Assembly: GCA_035455265.1 (NCBI GenBank)
Contig: DATIFK010000002.1
Coordinates: 3,436-67,435, forward strand
Reading direction: 5' to 3'
DNA from: Anaerolineales bacterium
GTDB taxonomy: Bacteria; Chloroflexota; Anaerolineae; Anaerolineales; E44-bin32
Length of the DNA: 64,000 bases
The notes beneath the pieces were generated by a model. That model saw nothing but the letters and a program-made list of their open reading frames with translations, made no database searches and was not told the DNA's origin. Shown here piece after piece: positions 8,199-15,309 of the stretch. A program made the position numbers and the translations under genes. The stretch's first letter is position 1. Each line of letters starts with the position of its first letter.

Positions 8199-9380
8199 AT
8201 GGACATCTTCGCCAAGTGTGGGGAGTTCACCGACGCCCGTCTGGCACAGGCGGCCGGGCTCTATCCGTACTTCCTGCCGCTCGAGGACACCGAAGGCACG
8301 GAGGTCGTCGTCGGCGGACGCCGTATCCTGATGATCGGTTCCAACAATTACCTGGGGCTGACCACCGATCCACGCGTGCGCCAGGCCTCGATCGACGCCG
8401 TGGCGCGCTACGGCACCTCGTGCACCGGCTCGCGCTTCCTCAACGGAACGCTCAAGCTGCACCAAGAGCTCGAGGCGCGCCTGGCGGCGTTCGTCTCCAA
8501 GCCGGCGGCGCTGGTCTTCAGCACCGGCTACCAGGTCAACCTGGGCACGATCTCCTGCCTCGTCGGCCGTGGCGACGTCGTCATTGCCGACAAGGACGAC
8601 CACGCCTCGATCGTCGACGGCTGTATGCTCGCCCTGGGCGAGCTGCGCCGCTTCAACCACAACGACCTCGCTCAGCTCGAACGCATCCTGACCGGTCTGG
8701 ACGAGAAGATCGGACGCCTGGTCGTGGTGGACGGCGTCTACTCGATGGGCGGCGATCTGGCTCCCGTCCCGCAGCTGATCGAGATCTGCCGCGCCCACGG
8801 CGCCCGCCTGATGCTCGACGACGCCCACTCGCTCGGCGTGATGGGCCACGGCCGTGGCACCGCCGCCCACTTCGGCGTGACCGACCAGGTCGACCTGATC
8901 ATGGGCACCTTCAGCAAGTCGTTTGCCTCGCTCGGTGGTTTCATCGCCGGCGACGACGAGGTCGTTCATTACATCCAGCACCACGCCCGGTCCCTGATCT
9001 TCAGCGCCTCGATGCCGGCCTCCAACGTCGCCGCCGTGCTGGCCGCCGTCGACATCATGGAGAAGGAACCGGAACGGGTCGATCGCCTGTGGGAAGTCGC
9101 CGAGCGGATGCGATCCGGGTTGAAGGCCATGGGATTCAACATGGGGCCCAGCGTCACGCCCATCATCCCCATCCGCACCGGCGATCAAGCGACCACCATT
9201 CTGGCCTGGAAGAAGTGCTTTGACGCGGGCCTGTACACCAACGCCGTGCTGGCGCCGGCGGTGCCTCCGGATGAGTGCCTGCTGCGCACCTCCTACATGG
9301 CCACGCACACCGACGAGCAGATCGACCGGGCGCTCAACATCCTGGGGGAGGTCGGGCGAGAGCTGGGACTCATCAACTAG
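8199..9380 (+). CDS. PLP-dependent alpha-oxoamine synthase, serine palmitoyltransferase-like
   Basis: Ordered motifs GSNNYLGL, GSRFLNGT, FSTGYQVNLG, DHASIVDG, DGVYSMGGDLAP, DDAHSLGV, the PLP-lysine motif GTFSKS, and SASMP. By eye it is closer to SPT than to BioF/Kbl. ATG 8199 lies downstream of the predicted promoter. Confidence 0.7.
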   Translation: MDIFAKCGEFTDARLAQAAGLYPYFLPLEDTEGTEVVVGGRRILMIGSNNYLGLTTDPRVRQASIDAVARYGTSCTGSRFLNGTLKLHQELEARLAAFVSKPAALVFSTGYQVNLGTISCLVGRGDVVIADKDDHASIVDGCMLALGELRRFNHNDLAQLERILTGLDEKIGRLVVVDGVYSMGGDLAPVPQLIEICRAHGARLMLDDAHSLGVMGHGRGTAAHFGVTDQVDLIMGTFSKSFASLGGFIAGDDEVVHYIQHHARSLIFSASMPASNVAAVLAAVDIMEKEPERVDRLWEVAERMRSGLKAMGFNMGPSVTPIIPIRTGDQATTILAWKKCFDAGLYTNAVLAPAVPPDECLLRTSYMATHTDEQIDRALNILGEVGRELGLIN

Positions 9381-9395
9381 GGGCCGGTGGTCATG

Positions 9396-9520
9396 CCCGG
9401 TTACCAGTCCCCAGTTTCCAGTTCCCAGCCTACAGGACCCGACCGCAGGACCGTCACCGCGAAGCGGCAACTGGCTACTGACCATCCATTCTGATCACTG
9501 ACCACCCACCACTGACCACT
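9396..9520. repeat. Heptanucleotide repeat arms separated by a spacer of about 40 nt
   Basis: The left arm is CCGGTTA CCAGTCC CCAGTTT CCAGTTC CCAGCC. The right arm carries ACTG-core heptads (AACTGG CTACTGA ... TCACTGA CCACCCA CCACTGA CCACT). Confidence 0.7.
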
Positions 9521-9532
9521 TCCTAAGCGCAC

Positions 9533-10519
9533 ATGGCCCCAGCCGAAACCGTTCTCGTCACCGGTGCCACCGGCTTCGTCGGCTCGAGGTTGTGCCGTGC
9601 CCTCGCCGCCGAAGGCTGCCGGGTGCGAGCCCTGCGCCGGCCCACCTCGAATCTCTCCGCCCTCGAAGGACTGCGCCTCGAGCTCATCACCGGTGACATC
9701 CTCGATCCCGAGTCGCTCGCCCGCGCCGTTCGCGGCGTCGATCTGGTCTTCCACGTCGCTGCCGAGTCGGCCTACTGGCGCCGTCCGGACGACGTCCTGC
9801 GATCGGCCGTGGCCGGGACGCGCTATATGCTCGAGGCGGCTCTCCAAGAGGGGGTGACCAAGGTCGTCCTCACCAGTTCCGTCGCCGCCATGGGCGTGCC
9901 ACTGCACGGGGAACTGCTCACCGAGGGTCACACGTTCCGTCTCCCCCAGGCTTTCTTTCCCTACGGCTACGCCAAGTACCAGTCGGAATTGACAGCCCTT
10001 CGTTTATCGGAGGGTCGCCTCCACCTAGTCATCGTCAACCCGTCCATCGTTCTCGGTCCCGGCGATCTGTATCAGATCAGCGGCTCCCTCATCACCGAGA
10101 CGGCACGCGGTCGGGCTTTCGTCTACAACGACGGCGGCGCCAACTACATCCACGTAGACGACGTTGCCGCCGGCCACATCGCCGCAGCCGCGCACGGCCG
10201 GCCCGGCGAGCGCCACATTCTCGGGGGCGAGAACCTGACGCATCGCCAGGCGCTCAGATCCATCGCCCAGATGGTCGGTGTCCGACCGCCGTGGCTTCAC
10301 CTGCCGGACGCTCTCGTCCCCGCCGCGGGCGCTCTGCTCGATGTGGCCGGCCGGTTCGTCCGCCTGCCCATGAACGGCGCGCAGATGCGCATCAGCCGTC
10401 AGCGCCTGTTCTGTGACACGGCCAAGGCTCAAGCAGAGTTGGGCTTCACTTCCACGCGGACCTTCCGCCAGGCCGCGCAAGAGGCCTATGATTGGTACCG
10501 TTCCGCCGGCATGATTTAG
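9533..10519 (+). CDS. Extended-SDR NAD(P)-dependent reductase (epimerase/dehydratase family), paralog 1
   Basis: Rossmann motif VTGATGFVGS, catalytic YGYAK (YxxxK), and NPSIVLGPGD. It is clearly paralogous to 22723-23730. Confidence 0.8.
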   Translation: MAPAETVLVTGATGFVGSRLCRALAAEGCRVRALRRPTSNLSALEGLRLELITGDILDPESLARAVRGVDLVFHVAAESAYWRRPDDVLRSAVAGTRYMLEAALQEGVTKVVLTSSVAAMGVPLHGELLTEGHTFRLPQAFFPYGYAKYQSELTALRLSEGRLHLVIVNPSIVLGPGDLYQISGSLITETARGRAFVYNDGGANYIHVDDVAAGHIAAAAHGRPGERHILGGENLTHRQALRSIAQMVGVRPPWLHLPDALVPAAGALLDVAGRFVRLPMNGAQMRISRQRLFCDTAKAQAELGFTSTRTFRQAAQEAYDWYRSAGMI

Positions 10520-10580
10520 AATGAGCATCCCGCGGGCCGGTGCTCGCGGGATTGTTCACGCAGAATCGGGCCGCGCCCGC

Positions 10581-11732
10581 ATGCCGAGCGGGTTGCGACC
10601 CAGAGCGGGAGCCGGGGTGCCTAAGGGAAAGCGTCTTCCTCCATCCACGCCGGCTACGCCAGCCTTCGTCCCGCCCTATCCACCAAGCTGGATCGACCGG
10701 CTCATGAGGTGGGTCGAGCGCATCCCCGGCCCGTTTTGGGTGGCCTACCTTGTGGCGGCCGTTGTCCTCGACCTCGCGCTGACCGCCGCTCTCTGGTCGG
10801 CAGGCACGGACCGAGCTGGAATTGTTACCCGTCTTCCTCTGTTCCTCGGCTTTGAAATCCCTGCCACTCTTGCCCTTGCTCACTACCTCAACCGGTCGGC
10901 TGCCAAGGCGCTCGATGAGTTCCGCCCCGTCCTGATCGCGACCGAGGCCGAATCCCTGACCTTTCGCTATCGACTGGTCACATTGCCACCCTCGGCGGCG
11001 CTCTGGTCAGGCATCGCCTTGCTCGTGGGCAATGTGATCATCGGCATGATGGCACCCCTTCTGGCCGGACAGCCTTCGCTCACCGCCCTCCAGGGGTTCC
11101 TTCAGCCGTTCCTTGTGGACGCGTCCAGGTCTCCGCTACCCATTGGGATCGACGTGGTTCTGCTGATCGTCTTCGCTTTGACCGTGGGAGCCGTGCTTTG
11201 GCACATCCTGCGCCAACTGGCCGTCATCAGCCTCATCTACAGCCGCCACACCAGGGTCAACCTCTTCAGGCTCGCCCCCCTGTATGCCCTCTCGCGCCAG
11301 ACGGCTCGAACCTCCATCGGACTGGTGCTCCTTTTCTCGGCGGCCCCGCTCGTCGTCCCCGAGGTGATGCGCCAGATGGGAAACCTCGTCTCTTCCGCAA
11401 TGGCCCTGCTCCTGGTGCTGGCTGTATTTATCGTGCCGTTGGTCGGCGTCCATCGGCTGCTGGATCGCGAGAAGGAGCGGCTGGTCAGCGAGAACGGGGT
11501 CATGATGGAGGCCGCCGTCGGCGAGTTGCACCGTCGCGTGACCAGCGGCAAGCTGCAGGCGATGGACGACATGAACAAAGTCATGGCCAGCCTGGAGATC
11601 GAGCGGGCGGCCCTGGTGCGGGTGCCCACATGGCCGTGGGATCCCGGGACATTGCGGACCGTGATGGCCGCCCTGTTCCTGCCCATCCTCATCTGGCTGA
11701 TCCAGTACGGATTGCAGAGGTTTCTGGGATGA
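10581..11732 (+). CDS. Uncharacterised 7-TM membrane protein, tandem paralog A
   Basis: Shares blocks FVPPYPPSWIDR, ALDEFRPVL, FRYRLVTLP, LRQL..I.LIYSRHT..NLFRLAPLYALS, GVHRLL..EKERL, MDDMNK..ASLEIE, and VPTWPWDPGTLR plus a final TM. ATG 10581 is preferred over ATG 10521 because it gives an N-terminal length like the other paralogs. Confidence 0.75.
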   Translation: MPSGLRPRAGAGVPKGKRLPPSTPATPAFVPPYPPSWIDRLMRWVERIPGPFWVAYLVAAVVLDLALTAALWSAGTDRAGIVTRLPLFLGFEIPATLALAHYLNRSAAKALDEFRPVLIATEAESLTFRYRLVTLPPSAALWSGIALLVGNVIIGMMAPLLAGQPSLTALQGFLQPFLVDASRSPLPIGIDVVLLIVFALTVGAVLWHILRQLAVISLIYSRHTRVNLFRLAPLYALSRQTARTSIGLVLLFSAAPLVVPEVMRQMGNLVSSAMALLLVLAVFIVPLVGVHRLLDREKERLVSENGVMMEAAVGELHRRVTSGKLQAMDDMNKVMASLEIERAALVRVPTWPWDPGTLRTVMAALFLPILIWLIQYGLQRFLG

Positions 11733-12898
11733 CATCCCGAAGATCTGCGCCTCCACCTCCTGCACGCAAGCTCGCTCCGACCGCCAGATCGCGGAACCTG
11801 TCTGAGCAGGCGTTCGTTCCTCCCTACCGACCCTCTTGGGTCGACCGATTCACCGACTGGGTCGATCGCCTGCCCGGGCCGGCGTGGCTTCCCTATGTCG
11901 TCCTGGCCCTGGCCGGCGCAGGCTTCTTCGTCGGCGTAGAAACGATCGCTGGCGATTATCGGCCGGGAGCCTACCTGACGCTGCACCTCTGGCTGGGGGC
12001 GGATGCCGCTTATCTTCTCGGCATGCTGCATCTGCTCGATCACGCCGCCGCCGACGCGCTGGAGGCGTTCCGCCCGGTCCTGATTCTCAACCGTTCGCCC
12101 GGCCAAGGTGCCTCGTCCGCCGGTTCGACCTTCGAAGAGATTCGCTATCGATTGACCACCCTTCCAGCCGGTCTCACCTGGGTGGCGGCGTTGCTCGGTG
12201 CGGTGCTCGGCCTGGGATTCCCGCTCGCCTTCATCCACCCGGGAGCTCCGGCCTTCTCTCTGGCGGGATCGATGGCCACCTTAGGCGTTTCAACTGTTCC
12301 GGCCGCCTCCGCCGCGATCCTCGCCCAATTCGTTGCGACGCAGGCCATCGCCGGAATCCTCGTCTACCATTCGATCCACCAGCTGCGAACGATCCACCTG
12401 ATCTATCGGGATCACTCCGGCGTCAACCTGTATCGGCTGCAGCCCTTGTATGCCTTTTCCGTGCCGTCGGCCCTCACCGCCGGCGGATGGGTGCTCTACA
12501 GCAGTCTTTGGTTCATCGCCGCGCCCAGCCTGCTGCATGAGTCCGGCAGTCTGGCGATGGCGGCCTTCTTTGTCCTGGTGGCTGGCGCGGCGTTCACCTG
12601 GCCCCTGTTGGGGATCCATCGGCGACTGCAGGTGGAGAAGAAGGCTCAGCTGGCTGAGAGCAACCAGCGATTCGAGGCGGCCGTGATCGAGCTCCGCCAC
12701 CGGTTCGACCGGCAACGGTTGACCCGGATGGACGATCTGCACAAGGCCATGGCGAGCCTCGACCTCGAGCAGACGGCCCTGCGCCGCATCCCGACCTGGC
12801 CGTGGGAGACTGGAACGCTGAGAGGGGTTATCGCCGCGTTGGTACTGCCGATCGTCATCTGGCTTCTCCAATTCGGCCTGGGAAGGCTGCTCGGATGA
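11729..12898 (+). CDS. Uncharacterised 7-TM membrane protein, tandem paralog B
   Basis: The ATG overlaps the paralog A stop (ATGA). It carries the same conserved blocks (FVPPYRPSWVDR ... IPTWPWETGTLR). Confidence 0.8.
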   Translation: MTSRRSAPPPPARKLAPTARSRNLSEQAFVPPYRPSWVDRFTDWVDRLPGPAWLPYVVLALAGAGFFVGVETIAGDYRPGAYLTLHLWLGADAAYLLGMLHLLDHAAADALEAFRPVLILNRSPGQGASSAGSTFEEIRYRLTTLPAGLTWVAALLGAVLGLGFPLAFIHPGAPAFSLAGSMATLGVSTVPAASAAILAQFVATQAIAGILVYHSIHQLRTIHLIYRDHSGVNLYRLQPLYAFSVPSALTAGGWVLYSSLWFIAAPSLLHESGSLAMAAFFVLVAGAAFTWPLLGIHRRLQVEKKAQLAESNQRFEAAVIELRHRFDRQRLTRMDDLHKAMASLDLEQTALRRIPTWPWETGTLRGVIAALVLPIVIWLLQFGLGRLLG

Positions 12899-12919
12899 GG
12901 TTGCCGTGATCTGCGACAA

Positions 12920-13015
12920 GGTCAGTCCTCAGTCGTCAGTCGCCGAGTTCAGCTGCCGCTGGCGCTAGACGGCAGGATCCTCGACGGCGGACTGAGCTCT
13001 GAGGACCTGAGGACG
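12920..13015. repeat. Heptanucleotide tandem-repeat hairpin (GTCAGTC type)
   Basis: GTCAGTC CTCAGTC GTCAGTC GCCGAGT TCAGCTG, then after a spacer GACTGAG CTCTGAG GACCTGAGGAC. It fills the gap between paralogs B and C. Confidence 0.7.
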
Positions 13016-13016
13016 T

Positions 13017-14120
13017 ATGAAACGGGCTTCGCGACGTGCCGCTCCAGCTCCCTTCGTCCCGCCCTACCCACCGTCCTGGTTCGATCGGCTCAGAGCGCGT
13101 TTGGACCGGGCCCGCGTCTCTCCCTATGTAGTGTATGCGCTCGTCGCTCTCGTCCTCTTCGTTCTACTGACGCTGGTCCAGTGGCGCGAAGGCGCGTACC
13201 CGGTGGGGGAAGTCAGGGCCTTCCACATCTTGTTTGCCGCTTGGCTTCCCTTCATGTTGGCTCTCATGCACTACCTGGACCATGTGGCCGACCGCGCCTT
13301 CGAGAAGTTCCGACCGTCTTTGTCGGCCACGCCCGACGAGAGCCTTTCGTTGCGCTACCGCCTGACGACGCTCCCGGCCGCGCCGGCCGCGCGCCTCGCC
13401 GGTGGTCTGGTGCTGGTGAACACTCTTCTGGTCCTGGTGGACAAGGGGTTTCTCCGGCCGGCGGCCGGAGCGAACGTGTTCGACCTCGGCCTGCAGCTCT
13501 TGCAGATCGCCCCGACACCTCTGTCCATCGCTGTGGTCGGCGCCCTCCTGCTTGGCGTTTGGTGGATCTCCGGAACCTTTCTGTATCACACGTTCCATCA
13601 GCTGCGTGTGATCAGCCGCATCTACGCCCGGCACACGCTGATTCGGCTCCTGCACCTCGGGCCGCTCTATAGCTTCTCCCGGGTCACACAGCAGACGACC
13701 ATCGGAATCCTTGCCTTCTTCTACATGTTCAGCCTCAGCGCCACCGGGTTCCGAAGTCAGCCCGGATTCCTCATCGCCGGCGGCATTCTCTTCGCCGCCG
13801 TCGCCGCCATTACCTTCGCCAGCCCACTGGTCGGGATCCATGACCTGCTGGTCTCGGAGAAGGATCGTCTGCTCGAGGCGAACACCCGTCGCCTGGAGGC
13901 CGGCATCGCAGACCTCCACCAGCAAATGGATCGGCGCGACCTGAGCGGCATGGACGACTTGAGCAAGGCCCTGGCCAGCCTGGATCTCGAACGGACTGTG
14001 TTGTCCCGCATCCCGACCTGGCCCTGGGAGCCGGGCACGCTGCGCGGTCTGGTGGCAGCGCTGCTCATCCCGGTCCTCATCTGGGCCATCCAGCTCGGCG
14101 CGGGACGACTGCTGCCATGA
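13017..14120 (+). CDS. Uncharacterised 7-TM membrane protein, tandem paralog C
   Basis: Carries the same conserved blocks (FVPPYPPSWFDR ... IPTWPWEPGTLR). Confidence 0.8.
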   Translation: MKRASRRAAPAPFVPPYPPSWFDRLRARLDRARVSPYVVYALVALVLFVLLTLVQWREGAYPVGEVRAFHILFAAWLPFMLALMHYLDHVADRAFEKFRPSLSATPDESLSLRYRLTTLPAAPAARLAGGLVLVNTLLVLVDKGFLRPAAGANVFDLGLQLLQIAPTPLSIAVVGALLLGVWWISGTFLYHTFHQLRVISRIYARHTLIRLLHLGPLYSFSRVTQQTTIGILAFFYMFSLSATGFRSQPGFLIAGGILFAAVAAITFASPLVGIHDLLVSEKDRLLEANTRRLEAGIADLHQQMDRRDLSGMDDLSKALASLDLERTVLSRIPTWPWEPGTLRGLVAALLIPVLIWAIQLGAGRLLP

Positions 14121-15190
14121 GCAAGCGCGCCGCCGCGGCCTCCCGGGAACCCGGGCCGCCTGCCTTCGCACCTCCCTACCCGCCGAGCCTTGTCGACCGA
14201 CTCATCGCGTGGCTCGACCGCCAGCCGGTGCCTGTCTGGCTGATTCTGCTGGCAGCCGCCGCCGTGGTGTTGGCGATCCTGACCGCCGTCCAATGGCGCG
14301 AGGGAGCGTATGCCGTCGGCACGTTCAATCCGCTCCATGCCATGGCCAGCGCCTACGTCCCATTCCTCGTCTGGCTCATCCGCTACCTCGATCGATCCGC
14401 CGCGAGCGCCCTGCAGGAATTCAGGCCCGCGCTCATGAGCGAATCCGAGGCGATGCCTTTGCGATACCGGCTCACGACGCTTCCGCGAACCGCAACGCTC
14501 TTCGTCGGCGGAGCCACGGCTTTGGCGATCGGCCTGATGGCGTGGCTGTTCTCTGCAGATTTGCGGTTGCTCGAGGTGGCTCCGACACTCTTGTCGGAGG
14601 CCGTGTTCGGCGCCGTCCTGATCGCCACCTGGTGGGCGACGGGGGTATTCGTTTACCACACGGTCCGTCAACTCGTGCTGATCCACGAGATTTACACTCG
14701 CCGCACACGCATCGACGTCTTTCAACTGACCCCGCTCTATGCCTTCTCGCACCACACGCGCCGGACGGCCGTCGCGATCCTGCTCTTTGTGTATCTGGAT
14801 TTCCTGATCGCCGACCCGACGCTCCGCTACCATCCGTTGAACCTCGGCGTCGGCGCGACGCTGGCCCTGCTCGCCGTGGTCGCCTTTGTCGGACCGCTGG
14901 GAGGAGTCCACCGCCTGCTGGCGGCCGAGAAGACGCGGCTCGTGGACGACAACGCCCGCCGCCTCGAAGCCGGGTTCCGCGAATTGCAGAAACGAATGGA
15001 CAGCCTGCGGCTTGCGGGTGCCGACGATCTGAACAAGACGCTCAGCAGCCTCGAGATCGAGCGAACGGCGCTGCTCCGCATTCCGACCTGGCCCTGGGAG
15101 CCTGGGACGATTCGCGGATTGGCGGCGGCTTTGCTCCTGCCGATCCTCATCTGGCTGATCCAGTTCGCTTTGGGTCGGTGGCTGGGATAA
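14117..15190 (+). CDS. Uncharacterised 7-TM membrane protein, tandem paralog D
   Basis: The ATG overlaps the paralog C stop (ATGA). It carries the same conserved blocks (FAPPYPPSLVDR ... IPTWPWEPGTIR). Confidence 0.8.
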   Translation: MSKRAAAASREPGPPAFAPPYPPSLVDRLIAWLDRQPVPVWLILLAAAAVVLAILTAVQWREGAYAVGTFNPLHAMASAYVPFLVWLIRYLDRSAASALQEFRPALMSESEAMPLRYRLTTLPRTATLFVGGATALAIGLMAWLFSADLRLLEVAPTLLSEAVFGAVLIATWWATGVFVYHTVRQLVLIHEIYTRRTRIDVFQLTPLYAFSHHTRRTAVAILLFVYLDFLIADPTLRYHPLNLGVGATLALLAVVAFVGPLGGVHRLLAAEKTRLVDDNARRLEAGFRELQKRMDSLRLAGADDLNKTLSSLEIERTALLRIPTWPWEPGTIRGLAAALLLPILIWLIQFALGRWLG

Positions 15191-15294
15191 GTCCGCGGTC
15201 AGGGGCCGGCGATCCGTCAGGCATCCGCCTGACCACCGAGAGACAACGCCTCGGCCCTCTCCCTTCGTACAGGTAACGCCCCCCGCAGCCGCCG

Positions 15295-15303
15295 TGGTAG
15301 GAT
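15295..15303 (+). promoter_or_regulatory. Putative extended -10 element TGGTAGGAT, 6 nt upstream of the ABC exporter start
   Basis: TGGTAGGAT at 15295-15303 and GTG at 15310. Confidence 0.35.
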
Positions 15304-15309
15304 GGCCGC

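Noticed and set aside
8199-10519. Reading the oxoamine synthase plus SDR pair as a kbl-tdh threonine degradation operon.
   Set aside because: SDR-type threonine dehydrogenases do exist, so this remains possible. However, the synthase motifs (LNGT, GVYSMGGDLAP, GLKAMGF) look SPT-like rather than Kbl-like, and the downstream membrane proteins and exporter fit a lipid role better. A phylogeny is needed to settle it.
10521-10580. ATG 10521 as the start of tandem paralog A.
   Set aside because: It overlaps a TAGAAT -10-like hexamer and the upstream stop codon. It also gives an N-terminal tail 20 residues longer than in paralogs B-D. ATG 10581 is preferred, but neither start has a clear Shine-Dalgarno sequence.
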